Numbered from the stretch's first letter, positions 13,694 through 27,485 are shown. The stretch is 64,000 bases of DNA from Gonapodya sp. JEL0774 (GCA_027604505.1 JADIIX010000065.1:1-64000), one strand, 5' to 3'. Notes: generated from the sequence alone by a model not told the origin. Program-made: numbers and translations.

Positions 13694-14188
13694 AATTGGA
13701 GAATCTCAGCAGAAATCAGAGGACTACTTTCGAGAAAAGAGGTGACGATAAAGGGAATTCTACCGTCGATGGGGAAATCATGGTGGAATCTGCCAATCCG
13801 GGTAGCCAAATCAATGTCGTACCAATACTTTGGTCACCTGACTTGCTCCCTGAGAGCTTTCACGTCATAAATTCGTATCGAAGCATCATACACTCACGCG
13901 AATGAAATTTCCTATGAATTCATCGCACTTTCTCTTGCGAGACCTTCACATGAGTTCAATTCTCCGACCAAAGTATTATGCTAGGACGTCCACAATGAAT
14001 TGAATAAACAGGAGAATGCAAAAAATGTAAGCATGGCATGTGCATACACAGGTAAAAATCGTTAAGACAATAATCCTGGGAGAAGCAGAGATGGGCTAAA
14101 ATGCTTGGCCTCAGATCATGGGGCGATTGGTGCGGCCTCTGCGGCAGGGGTACGATCACACTTCTGGCTCTTTTCCTTGACGACCACG

Positions 14189-16187
14189 ATGCAAGAACAT
14201 CCACCGCATTTCTCTGTCGATCCGGGCATACAAGACCGCGTGCCGCTTCTTGTCGGCGACACAGCTGCAGATTCCGAGATGACCAGCGGGATGGGGGGCG
14301 ACCTCAAACTCAGTTTCAGCACCATGAACATGCCCCAACCCTCTATGATTCTCAAACCTGTCGATACTTCAAACCGTGGCTGGAACTCTGGGCTTTGCTG
14401 TATTTCTGGAGCTCATGCAAAAGACGATCCCGTGAACTTTTCACGATGGTCTCGACCTCTACGTCTGCTGTTGGTTCTTTTTCTCATCGTGCTGGGGATT
14501 GTATATAGCACTTGGAGCATTAGAGCTTTCTCACTTCGTGGTCACGATCGACGTCATGCTGACCAAGTGACGCTGTCCTCTGAAGCTGTCGAAAGGGACA
14601 TTGTGTGGTGGAAAGGAGTCAATGACAGAGGTGAGTGTAACAACCAAGTCTCGTGTGATTATCGTCTAATGGATTATTAGCTGACCATTCTGCACCTCGT
14701 TGCAGTTGCCTCTAATGCATTCAACCCAATCCCACACGCCAACACCTTTCCCCCTTCTCTCTTCCTCAAGTTTTTTCAGACCTCTTCCCGCCCTTCTCAG
14801 CTAATTCCATACTACCACCTTGCGACCGTAACACCAACTGCTGATGGTGTGACTCTTAATACCATGTTCACCGCAAAACGCCTTGATCGTCTTCCGGCGC
14901 TCGTAGCCGAATGGCGGGGCCATGTTTCCGTCACACTCCACCTCTCCCCGAATGAGCCTTCTCTCTCGTCAAACTTAGCTCAGCTTTCCAAGTTACTTGC
15001 AGCGAATCCTCTCGTTCGTGCCCTCTGTGATATCCATATCGTCACAGACCGATTCAACCGACAGTTCAATACCTGGCGAAACATTGCTCGGTTCTTCTCT
15101 CGCACAGAGTTCGTTTTCATGCTTGATGGAGATTTCATTGTTGGCGAAGACATCGTCAAGGAGCTTGAGCGAGCGCGTAAAGGGCCGTTGGGGACATTTG
15201 GAGCTGTTGCAGAGAAGGGGCACAAGGGAAAGACTTGGAATCTCAAAGACTTGATGCGTCGAAGGAAAGTTGCACTGGTAGTTCCTGCTTTTGAGTGGAC
15301 ACCAAAGGGAGCAGAAGCTACCGGTAGAGGAGGGGAGCGGAAAGGGCGCTTCATTCGGAGCAAGAAAGAACTCCGCGAGCGGTTCGACCGTGGGGAGGTT
15401 GAGATGTTTCACAACGCCAACTTTGTGAGGCTTCATATTGTTTCCCGTTGTTTAAGTGGCATTTCCATCTCACTTCCACTCTCTGTATCGCATCCAGCGC
15501 GGGCATGGTCCCACAAACTACACAAAGTTCATCCATTCTTCTCAGCCGTACATGATCCCACGTTCTTCGTACCAGCGCGCTTTCGAACCGTACCTCATCT
15601 ATCCTCGGGACGGTCCACCGTATTGCGATGAGCGATTCTTTGGATATGGTGCCAACAAACAGGCGTGCATGTGGGAAACCTTCCTCGACGGATGGGACAC
15701 CGTTGTGTTGGCGGACTCGTGGGCAGTTCACAGGAGCCACGATTATCCGGAGGTACTCAGAGCGGTAGAGGTGGGCACTGTCTGTTGATCTTTGCAATCA
15801 GTACATGGTGTGCTGATGCAATATTGTCATTTGGTCCGTTATGGTCTGCAGCGTGTCTACAACCGCAATGTATACGACCAATTCAGAGAAGAAAGCTGCA
15901 TGCGGTACAACCGAATGCACGTCGCTTTGAACAAGACGCTCGCGGACAGCCTGGGTGACTACGAGGCCTGGCTCGAAAACGCCTTCACCAACAAGACGTT
16001 TGTGTCATCGGGGCCCAAGGGCGGTTCCGTACTTTCTCTCCTCCCCGACTACATCGATTGCTTGAAGCACGTTCCAAAGGCGAAATGGTTCGTACCGAGC
16101 AATGTGAATATAACTCTTCCGTCAGCTCGGAAGGTGGTGGAATTGGTGGGAGAAGGGAAGGCGAAGGTGTCGAAGAGTTCGCTTTGA
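14189..16187 (+). CDS. Glycosyltransferase family 49 (LARGE/B4GAT1-like), type II membrane protein
   Basis: N-terminal TM (LLLVLFLIVLGIVY), then NTWRNIARFFSRTEFVFMLDGDF (DxD), ALVVPAFE, GHGPTNY and FEPYLI...PYCDERFFGYGANKQAC. Three introns. Confidence 0.88.
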
Positions 16188-16530
16188 GCATACCCTGCAT
16201 GGACTGCTTGCATCCGTTAATATGTATTGTCACACGTATTTTTTTGTTTATGTTCTCAGAGAAGAGCTGGACTCAACTTCAATTCCTTAATATTGTGTAA
16301 TATAATGAGTTCACCGACATGAGAGAGAAGGGAAAAGATGTGTGTAAAATCAGTTGTTTCACAGCAGAATGTTCATGCCGAATGCCGGGGAACTGGAAGA
16401 ACAATAATGAAGACAGATATGCTACGAGAAGTACTTCGCTTGTCAATAGTAATCCATAGGCAACTTTGAGACGGGTATGCTGGGGGACGGCAACAGGTCT
16501 CGGTCCTCTAGCACATATATTAGAGGAACA

Positions 16531-18087
16531 ATGTTTCACAACGGTTCACCCGCAGCCACATCGAACTTGATACATGCTATAGAGTCCAATGATTTCGCAG
16601 CCGTGAAACAATCCTTCGCTGACGGAGCAGATCCGAATGGGCGAAAGCAAGTGGAGCTTTCGGTTCGTGTAGGCGGCAAGGAAGAACGGGATTCCAGACC
16701 TGCTGAGTCGGCACTCGCGATCGCCATTCTGAGAAAACGACTGAATATTGTCAAGTGTCTGTTGGATGCAGGTGCGCTTGGGAGCGATCAATGCAATACC
16801 CCGCTTTCAATCTGAAACATTCAACAAAAAAATGAAAGGTTCTGATCCAAACATCCCGATTTCATGGCCGATCTTCGAGTGCCACGATCCTTGGACAGAG
16901 TTTGACTGGAATCATGGACGGTGGCTGACAACGACCGTTGGGAACGCCCTCGAGTTTGCCCTGCTCACTTTGACGGAGCTTGAGTTCAATCTTCCGGGAG
17001 CCCAAGTCTCACACGAAGACCCGCCCGCTGGGTTTCAACCGAAACCTCACGGTGCTGAGCCCCAGCGACATGATGAGAAGCGGAATGTGCTTGATATGGT
17101 ACCAGATCTTGCAATTGTAAAATGCCTGTTGCAGTCAGGAGCAACGGTCACCCCAACAGCCATAGATATGGCAGGCGCCATCAGAGACGGCTCGATTCTT
17201 CCTTCCGATATGGTTGCCACGAGAGATTTTCTCGATTCCTTGCGATCTGTTGTTGGACCATCTTTCGTGGAACCGGCGGAGGTGGAAGACGATGAACCTC
17301 GTCCACACTTGTGGTTCACACAAACGGTTGAGGAACCATTGTCGGAGCATGCATTACTGTCTTCCTCTGCACAACTCATGGAGGCTGTCGATATGGGAAA
17401 CGTTGTCGAAGTCCAGGCGACCCTTGAAGCCGGAGCAGATGTAAATACGTGTCGGATCCTTCAACTCGAGTGCTCGCTTGAAGGAAAGGGGCGTGGTGTG
17501 GACCAGAGGCAAGGGGAATCCGCGCTCGCGGCGTCAATCTTGTCGGGACGTGTTGATCTTGTTGAGGTTTTGCTTGAAGCTGGTGCGTACAATCCTATCA
17601 CGCCCTTCTAGCTGTAACAAGTGTGATTTGCGGTGCAGGCTCAGATCCCATGCTTCCTGTGTACTACTGTACTGCCGAACTGCGATCGCCTTGGGAACAG
17701 TGGGATTTCCGCAACGCTCGCTGGGCTCCCGTTCGATTCAGTTCCTCGCTAGCGCTGGCTCTCCAGTGGGGCTTGGACTGGGTAATCCCACCGGCAAGTG
17801 CATACGTTCATATGCGGGACCCACAGCAACGGCGCACCGTTCAGCGTGAGATCCCTGTTCTGGTGCCGAAGGTTGATATTGTGCGCGCACTCCTCGAGCA
17901 TGGGGCTGTTGTAACACCGAACGACATCGTGGCTGCCAATCAGCTACGGGACAACGCGATTCTACCGGAAGAAATTCCACCAAATGGGCAGTTCTTGGAG
18001 CTCCTGCGCCAAGCATGGAAGGGTGACGAGGTGTTTCCCGAACCACCAAATCCAGAATCCTTGCACGAAAAATATATCCACAATTAA
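16531..18087 (+). CDS. Ankyrin-repeat protein built of two duplicated Trp-rich modules
   Basis: LIHAIESNDFAAVKQSFADGADPN...ESALAIAILRKRLNIVKCLLDAGSDPN is repeated as LMEAVDMGNVVEVQATLEAGADVN...ESALAASILSGRVDLVEVLLEAGSDP. Introns at 16772-16838 and 17583-17638. Confidence 0.85.
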
Positions 18088-18226
18088 GAACCAGGAACGT
18101 GAGGGGCACAGGGATTGCAGAACTCGGCGGTAGACGGTAGTGTGGGCCAACCCCATACCCCACTCTCCTCGAACCTTACAGTCTAGATAGTATTAAGCAT
18201 GCATATTTTGAAAACCGACTATGTGA

Positions 18227-19986
18227 CTACAGTTTGGGGAATTTCGCAGACTTCTTGCTGAGCGATGCCATCGCAGCTGTGGCAACGTCCTAAACGAACC
18301 AAGGTCCGAAGATAAGGTGATTAGATCCGCTCCGGGAAAGCAATTGATAATATGCAATACGGACCGATGATTGAAGAGCTGCAGCATTCCACACGGCAGT
18401 GTAATTGAGGCCATCGGCAATCGAGTGGTCCCGAGAGCTACAGAAGACAGAACACGAAGTCAGTCAACGCAAACTCTGAAGTGCACCAGACTTAAGGATA
18501 TGCTCAGGATGACGTACTAATTGAGAATGTTTTTGGAGCCAGAAACTGCCAACGGGCTCTTCCCTGCGATCTCAATTGCCAATTTTATGGCTTCCTTAAC
18601 GGTTTCCTCCTTGGTCGGGAGAACTTTTGACACCAAGCCGTTTTGGAGAGCCTCTGCTGCGCTGAACCAGCGAGCTGTGTAAACCACCTCGCGGGCAAAC
18701 GAAGGGTTTGCGACTGAGTGCATCAGGCGTTGAAGTGTGCCAACTGAATGGATACAGTCTTCAGAGGTTGCAACGGTTGAAAGTGAACAGTTCACAATTT
18801 GCTCACCATCAGCGGCGAGTCCAACATCCACTGATCACGGAACAACCACAACATCATGTGCATATCACCAGTAGACGACCAGGTAAGCCTCAGGAGTCAC
18901 CGTCGACACATTGACAATTTGGAATCGCACCTTCTTTGACTGTGAACGATGCGTCCTCTGAGCAATATCGAATGTCTGCGTAGCCATCATTAGAGTGATA
19001 GAGAACAACCACACAGCATCTCTCCACCAGTCCTCACCTGCAGCAGTCATAAGATCAATTCCGCCGCCAACAACCTTACCATGTGCAGCGACAATTACAG
19101 GTTTATCGCATTGCTCCATCTGTTAAAAGGAGAGCGGAGAGCTCAGCAATATTCCAGAATGACCGTAGTAGGAGAGATGATGTTCTTCCTGGAAGACCAA
19201 CGGACAACATTTGACCGGCTTCGGTATCAGCCTTGCGCGTCCCAAGGTGCAGTGTCACACATCTATGTGCGACGTCTACATGAGTGGTTCCTTGTGGCCG
19301 CCAACCAGGAACGCTGATTGCAGGCACCAAATGTGACGCTACGCAAAAGACACTTCTTCTCAAATCATTCCTTCCCACTACTGCACTATTTTTCAAATAA
19401 AGAGTTGCAGTAGAATACCACTCACTGCGTTGAACGTCTCCTGGGTCTTGAGGACCTCCCTGCGGAGGTGGTAAGCCCTCCTTCCCGCGTCCACTTTAGC
19501 AACAGGACCAGATTTAGGATCAACGATACCCGAAGATGATAGATCGAGTCCTGCCGTAAAGATGCGGGCTTTTGCGAGCGGTCGACGGATATCAGCATAT
19601 GTAGTCGGACAGGTAGGAAGCAGAACGCCTTCTCACCATTGGAAGAAACAACGACAACTCTCACTTCTCCATCTTCTGCAACTTTGTCAAAGCAGTCTTT
19701 GTACTCCCGCCAAAATGTTGCGTTCTACAATCCGGAGATGAAGTTCAGCCATCATAACTTTTCTGCGACTGATTTTCTTTGGGATGCCCACCATTGCATT
19801 CAGGGCTGCAACGTTCCATGATGGTGAGAATCAACGTTGTGTGACAACTCCGTTTGTCAGGAAGATATGAGCTAGTTCAAGTTAGGAGCACAATCTCTCA
19901 CCTTTTGGTCTGTTGAGCTCAACGTGAAGGACACCCTCCGAAGGGAACGAGCATCGGAGAACTTCGTAGGTGTAGTCGAGAGGCAT
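18227..19986 (-). CDS. ECH1: Delta(3,5)-Delta(2,4)-dienoyl-CoA isomerase (crotonase superfamily, ECH1-like)
   Basis: VLHVELNRPK, ARIFTAGLDL, EQCDKPVIVAAHGKVVGGGIDLMTAA, DVGLAAD..GTLQRL, KSPLAVSGSKNILN, SRDHSIADGLNYTAVWNAA. C-terminus FPKL. Confidence 0.9.
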
Positions 19987-21162
19987 GGTGGAGTATGAAT
20001 CGTGTGGTTGTTTCGGAAATGGAAAATAGAAATGTCGGATTGTGAAGGCCGCTACCACAAAATAATAGTATTCCCTGAAATTGACCTGTCCCAATTCCCC
20101 ATTGAAACCAAACATCGACGTCACCGAGGTTTGTAGACCCACACAGACCCCGTAGTTAGCGTCCATCGACCTTTCCTAACGCTATTTGGGGCGTTGCTCT
20201 GCTTGCTAGGCCTTCCACGACCTCTTCCATCACCAACTGGCGTCGCTTCAAGACCGCCAAGAACCCCCTTTCTCACCGAGACCTGGTCGAAATGGCCGAC
20301 CGACATACGCCAAAGACCGCCTCTGAAAGCTGGTAGCGGACCACCAACGCTATCCGGACACGGGGGGGTCCCGGGTCTGCGCGCTCGATCGGGGGTGTGC
20401 CTCGGAACGCGAGTGTCTTCAAGCGGTGCAAAGTCAGGCCTTCTGCCGTGCGAGAAGGCTGCCTTTGTCGTAGCGCAGCACAAGCTGCGGGCTCCCTGTC
20501 TCGGAATTCCACCTGCGTGTTGCATCCACGTCTTGGGTGCGTCTGCTTGGCTGCTTAGGAGAACTCCGGCATCGGAATACCCGCGAGCTTGTCTCCGTGT
20601 CAGTATCATGGCTGATTGCGGAGCGGGCGGAAGCGCAGCGGTAGATGGTGTTTTTCACATACTGGAAAGCAATGCTAATGTAAATGTTTTCACATAGTCA
20701 TAATCCAGTAATACTGGAGAGAGCATGTAGTAGCTACTTGGAATATCATCTGTCATCATCGAAAGACCACGCTGAGTTTGCGTGTTTCCGGGCAAGGGAG
20801 GAACTGGCGTTCTTGAATCCATCCTGATCATGCCACGCCAGTCGTTTTCAAATCGAAAGTTCATCAGCGATTGAAACTACTTCACGGTGAAGATGTACAG
20901 AAATCTCTCACCATAATGAACGTTCAAAATACCCTCCAGACTTTTCATCCGCCTTACAGCTCCCGAACCCCTCCACGACGGACTTAAAACATCTCGGATT
21001 TCCCATCTGTACTACTCGGTAAGAACTAAACCAGATAACGATTTGTCTAAGTATCACAAATTAAACTCGTGCAATCTGAAACGGCTATTCAAATCAAGAT
21101 TCGCACATAGTAAAAACGGTCCTTCTAGTCAATTTATCCACATATGCGATAATTCTAAATTG

Positions 21163-24100
21163 CTACAGTTTCGCCTTGCCTCCGACCACTTGGTTGTAGA
21201 GGGCAGGTGTCAGTGGAACGTACCCTTTGCCCTCTACATAAAAGTACAATCGATCGTTCACAGTTTTAATATCGAAGCCTTATTGGAGAAGTCATCGTTT
21301 GCCATGAGCTGTCTGTTAATACACAAATTCACCGTCGTGTCGTTCATACCTTCTTTTTGCAGCTCGACCTTCCTGTGCTTGAAGGTCACCTGTCCAATTA
21401 GAGTTGTGCGATGAGAGGACGTCCAAACTCCGAGCTATCTCACTCATGACATGTAGAATTCGTCACAGCTTGCGAAACTTACTGTCGTGACAGAGTCCAT
21501 GTTTTCAAGCACTCTAATAAACCTCGGCACTGCATAGTGGGGAAGCTCACGTTGGCAAAACTGACCTAAACGAACTAGCGACCTCTGCTCGTCGGCCTTT
21601 TCGCTAATGTACAAAAGAAGCACGGTTTGAAAATTAATTTAAAGCTATCCAGACTTAAAGGGTAGAGGGTAGTAGCATGGTCGGTCCCTCACCTGTCTTT
21701 CAGCACAACCGCTGCCATTCCTGCCCGGCCATCGGGGAAAGATGGAACGGTGACACCATATACTATTGCGAAAAAATTGAGCATCGTGCAGAGACCAAAG
21801 TCTTTCATCGCCTCGCACCATTTGACTCGTCCAACAGATTACTCTTCATCATGATGTCTCGCACTTCCATTGTGCTCACATTCTCGCCCTTCCAGCGGAA
21901 AGTATCACCTGAAAGTCATTACCAATCAGTGGGGTGCGCGCTACACAATAGGGGACTATGATTCTCACCGAGGCGGTCAACAAAATAGATCCACCCTCTA
22001 CGATCTCGCATGAGAAGGTCGCCTGTCCTGATACGAACAAGTAAAAGTCAGCTCAAAACATAGCCATTGGCTGAAAGTCACAATCGGCTACCTGATCCAC
22101 TCGTCGCCCTTCTTCATTACATTTCGCATCACCTTCTTGTTTGAGGCTTCAGGGTTACCGTAGTAGCCGTCCCAATTCTAAGCAAGCGAGATTCGGATGA
22201 GTGGGTCGCCATCTCCACACATCGCAAAGTATTACTTACACTGTTCTTAATGCCCGCTGGCATTGGAATCACTTTACTGCAATTCAAGGAAAAAGAATGT
22301 GTCATGGGGGTATGACCGAAAATTAGTCTCGAGAACATACCCAATAAACTCTCCCGGCTCATTGGGACCGCAAGGAATGCAGAAACCGTCGGGTCCGCGA
22401 ACAAGTTCCTCCGTGATGGGATCGATCTAACAGCAAGACTGATTAGTTTGCATTTCGATCGCCGAACACGGATAGCTTGCTTTTCGCTTTACCTTGACAA
22501 TTTGAGGCATAGTTTCAGCATTGGCCAACCTAAGAATGAAAACTTATTGGCATTCTGCAATGAGGGTTCTTCTCGCAAGGTTCGCGCACCTGTATGCAAC
22601 TCCCATGAATCCCACAACACCTTTGCGGCCCCAAGTGTTGAGTGTCGAGGCTGTACCACAACCCTCTGCATAAAATCAAGTGAATGGGTCACATTCGAGG
22701 AAGTGAGATTCCGTAGGCTCTGAAATACGAACCAGTAGATCCATACAGTTCACCGATCATCTGAATACCAAATCTGTCTCGAAACTGGTCCCAAATGTCA
22801 GCACGCAGTCCGTTGCCAAGGCACTTGCGAACGCTGTGGGCGCGGTCTTGTGGAGACGGAGGGGACAAGACAAGGTACCTGTTTCATGGGGAGTGTCATA
22901 CCGCCACGGGAAACCATGGTAAACGGGAACTCAAAAACTTGCCGAAGGATTTCTAGAAACCACACAGGGTCATCAGCTTTCGTCCAGTGGGAAGATACAA
23001 TGTCAAATCAAATTCTCACCTCCAACGTAGTGGAACACCGTTCCCTTGGTCTGTGCCGCATACTGGAAAAATTTGCTGGCGGAAAACTTCCGGGTGCAAA
23101 TGAAAGGGATACCCAACATCCAAGACAATTGCAGTATTATCTGAGCACCCGAGTGCTTTCATGTCGTAGGTCAAACTCTCGTGAGAAATTGGTGTCCCCA
23201 AGGAACCCTTATCGCACTGCACATTGTACTCACAAATAGGGGGGCGACAACGAAACCACGGTCAGATTCGTTTATGACGCCAGAAAAATAGAATCTAAGG
23301 TTACCAGCTGCGCGCAAAAGGAATAATGACATTACGGTCACTGCGAGTTGGGGAGTTCCAACGTTCGAAATGCTCACCGAAGACCCGTGCGTGTGTCATG
23401 GTGGCGGCTTTGGGAAGTCTTTTTGAAAGACAAGAAGAATGTCTAAACGAAAATTCCACCGAAGAAAATCGTGTGAGTAACGGCCATAGGCACTCACCCT
23501 GTGGTGCCTGAGGTGTATATGAGTGAAGCAAGAGAGGTCCACCTGACGTGTGCTCTCGTCTCCTTTGGTATATCGGTGTCGGGATACTTGAGACGCAGCT
23601 CGCTGGCAGGCAAGAGTTCACTTTCAAAGTCGAAAGGAAGCCTCTTTCCTGGAATGGGCAGTGGCGTGTTGGTATAACAAATAAGCCGAACGCCTCGTGC
23701 GCTGAGTTCCTCCACAACCCCTTCCTCGCTAATGATGTTAGCAAGAGTTGGTTCGAAAAAAAGAACAGTGGACTTCGAGATGCCGAACGAGTGGAGAAAC
23801 ACCCGACCCCGCTGATTGTAGTTTTGAAAGGCAACGGAGCAGCCAATCTTCCAAGCAGCGAGAAGGAGGAAGATGAATTCGGGGGTATTCTCGTAAAGGA
23901 TGGCTACGACCCAAAACGTCATCAGGGGCAGAACAAGCACATCAACCCAGGGCCCGCTCACCGATCATATCACCCGGTTTTATTCCAGTAGCAAGCATGA
24001 AGTTCGCAAGCCTGTTAGACTCCATGTCAGTTTCTCTCCATGTGTACCTTCGGGTGTTGGGGAATCCGTCTGGGTCCACAGTGTCTCCCGCTCCGGGTGA

Positions 24101-24480
24101 GTTTTGGAAGACGAGATACTCGGCATCCGGCTTCCTTTTGGCATGTAGAAGGAATCGATCTACACTACGAGGCGGAAGGTGGGTTACACGAGGTGTCCAA
24201 ATGTCATTTGACTCATCACATGTGTAAACGATGATGGAAGCTCACTTTGAGAATCGACCTGCGGCAGTTTCGGCGGCACAACTGAAACGAGCAATGTGGA
24301 TGAGACCGTTAAGAATGGGAATGTCTATGTAATAGAAAAATCATCGCTTCCTTACAGTTGAGCAGTCTTCTTTTGGGAGGAAATGGCATCCCAGTCACGC
24401 GAGAATCCCAGCTCTTCGTTGACTAGGATGCCAGCAGCAACGGCCGATGCGGCACCAATGGCAAGTTTGGCAACACTCAT
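21163..24480 (-). CDS. Fatty acid transport protein / very-long-chain acyl-CoA synthetase (FATP/Fat1 family), many introns
   Basis: LIYTSGTTG AMP-binding motif, TGDLLMRDRRGWIYFVDRL/DTFRWKGENVST FATP signature, GRAGMAAV, TGTFKHRKVELQKEG. C-terminus GGKAKL. Confidence 0.92.
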
Positions 24481-24814
24481 TGTCGTGATTGGAGAGCAAA
24501 TCGAAGAATTCGGGTTCAAGATGGTGATGCGGGATTTCAATCTTGCCGAGACCACATAAAATGATCCCGATGGCCCAACAATTATGCACTATTTTGGTGA
24601 TGATATCAATTTATTATTCCAATTTCGTAACTAAGATTGAACACACTTGCGATCTCATTTGCAGAAAAGGGAGATTATAATACATTTTGTCCAGAAGCGA
24701 TGATGAATAGTGCTGGTTCTTTCCAAAGTGTCCCCGATGACACCGTGATGATAAGGAGATTCTTTCACTTGAAGAGTTCGATACACAGAGACAACCAATC
24801 CATTCGTAGGATTT

Positions 24815-27485
24815 TTACTCCCGCCTCGTCGATGGCCCTGAGAAGTACCCGGCGTTGTCCAAGTCCATGCCCGGACTTAATGGAGGGGTAAGATAATCGG
24901 TACCTGGGTTCCCTGACAGCACTCCACGCTCTGTGATAGAAATTTCCGAGATTCTTTCAGTCACAGTGGCGATCGGTCGTTGGTCCCGCGTAGCAGAGTG
25001 CCCAGATGTTTGTACCTCCGAAACATTCAAGATTTCTCCGATGGAATGTTCACCCGCATGTTTTCCAGATCTCACTCTCCGAGCTGCGATCCCTTCGCGC
25101 TTCGCTACCGGGCGAGGCTGGATAGCTACGGCAACAGCCACTGCTGCTGGGCCGACCCCTCCGATAGAGGTGCGCACTGCACTCTCATACAGCACCATCT
25201 CTGATGGGGATAGCGATTGCCTTTCACGTTTGGACCCGTGTGGTGATGTGTCGTGAGGAGGGGTAGGTAACAGACATTCCAAAGATTTTGATTGGGGTGG
25301 TGACCTCGTTGGGATGGCCATGACCACGGAGGGCTGCACTCCCACGCACTGAAGTTCCTGGCGGCTGTTGGTAGCGTACTCCGGTCCAGCAACTGCGGCG
25401 TGCGAATAGCCGGTCTTGGAGCCGGAAAAGTTGTATGATGTTGGAGTTCCGTCATGAGCCAAAGAGACCCCATTTCCATTTCCAGAGGTGGATGAGGTGT
25501 CAAACCTTGCCTGGGGCTGGATGTTGTCATAAGGAGATTGAGTGGACGGTGACGGTGGAGTGAATGTGAAGTAGTCGTTGCCTCGGCTGCTGCCATTGCC
25601 CTGGAGAGCCTTCATCGGCGTGAGACTTTGTACCGACGTTTCACCTACAGTTGATAACCCAAGATACACTCACTCTTGGCGGGCTAGTTCCAACTGGCGT
25701 CAGGTAGTGTCCCATAACGATCCTCCTTTTCTCTTCTTCTGCATTCAGGAACTCGTCAAAGCCCAACAATATCTCGTACAACGTAACTGTCAAGGAAGCT
25801 GACTGCCCATAGCCGATTTCGAATTGAGAATCGATTCGAACTCCTCCCCATTTGCGAAGGATACCCGGTAACTGAGCCTGAGTCTCCTGACTCGGGTACG
25901 ACCTGTTGCCGTTGCGAGACTGAGACCGGATCAAGGTGGTTGCACACTCCACGAGATTGTCTGCGATCGCAGGGACAACGTCATCTCCAGCGGCGAGGTG
26001 GGAGAGTTGATTGATTGTAGTGGGGTTCTGGATATTTGGAAAGGTATGTCGAAACACCCCCGTCAGACAGTGGTGGGTGACCGATCGTGATGCAATTGCC
26101 ATGAGGGAGGTGAAGAGAAACAGGGGGTTACAGAAGGGTACAGGCATTCCATTCAATCGCCATTCACTTCTTGATCAAAGCATAAACTGCAGTAACCTAC
26201 AAGCTCCACAGCTGATCGAGCAACACCACACTGGAGGCCCCAACCATCCACAATTCTTGCCGCAGCGATCATGCACCCTACCGCAACTGCCGCCCCGCGC
26301 AGTCCGATGAATCTTCGGTAGAGCAGTGTCATGTCGGCCAGGAAATACGCTACTGAGAGGTGCAGTTGGGGCAATGCCACGATGGGGACACTGTGGAGGA
26401 ATCCGGAAGTCGATCCAGCAGACAGAGAGCCGTAGGGCCACCTCGTCCCGTCATCACTCCGCGACTGTTCTCCCGTGACGACTGCAAGAACCCACGGCGC
26501 GCCTCGGTGGGAGAGGTCGAAAGACACGACGTCAAGGATGCGACGCTCCATCTCTGCGATGTCCCCACGACGGTAGAGATTGCAGCACAGAGTGATTACA
26601 GCATGGATGGTGAGTGTGAAACTTGGGAGATCGCAGTATTTGGAAGCCACGAAGAGGGCGGTGATGCCTAAGAGTTGGCTGACGGGAGATAAAGGAGACG
26701 CAAACGAAATACGAGCATTACAATTGCATTGTTAATCGCACAAGAAGATGCGTTGAATCTCACAAGTCCCGTTTGGGAATTGTCCTCTTCGACAGGTATC
26801 GATCCAGGAGGTTGATTGCGAGGGGGAGAGTCTCAGGGCTCAATCCGTTTTCGTAATGAACCTCTGCAGTTACAGCAGTGGCGTGCATGGGTTCATGGTG
26901 AGTAGCATTGGGCATTCCATTGTAGATCAGGATTATGAGTGCAAACGGAAGAGCTCCGTTGGTGCAGAATTCGACAGATACATTACAATATGGTACCCAC
27001 CAATGAGCCACTCGATAAGCGTTTTCCTCACTAAATGCGAGAAGAGTGAGGGGGGGAAAGAGAAGTGCATCGGTGAATTGATGCATTCATCGAAAGATGC
27101 AGAACCCATCCTCCAAGGCTAATCCGGTTTTCATTCCGGTTCGAAAGTCAGCTGAGACTCAAGAAAAATAGAGCTCACTTTGTGGAGACAAGTCCGTCTG
27201 GTAGTCCAAGAAGTTTGGAATTGGAAGGGTGGCCTCCTATGCAACCAAGCGCGGGATGATGAGATGTTGCTACGAGTGATAAAAACACGCGTACGCGTCA
27301 GACGAGCAAGGAAAATCGCTCACCTCCTCTCTCGACAATTCCCTCATGAAATCCGACGCGTATTCCGCAAAACCATCCCATGTATTGTGAGTTTGCAAGT
27401 GGACATGAGGAGGCGACGGAAGAAGAGAAGACGGATACGAGAGAGACGCGAGGATCGGCGCAGGATGCGGATGCGCTGTGGGCAT
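24815..27485 (-). CDS. Cyclin (A/B-type cyclin box with long C-terminal Ser/Pro-rich tail; G1 Cln3/Puc1-like architecture)
   Basis: EYASDFMRELSREE, RKTLIEWLI, VHYENGLSPETLPLAINLLDRYLSK, QLLGITALFVASKY, DIAEMERRILDVVSFDL, YFLADMTL. Confidence 0.88.

Noticed and set aside
21195..21239. 11-bp inverted repeat TGTAGAGGGCA...TGCCCTCTACA
   Set aside because: Lies in the last FATP exon, single occurrence with no TSD; likely chance.
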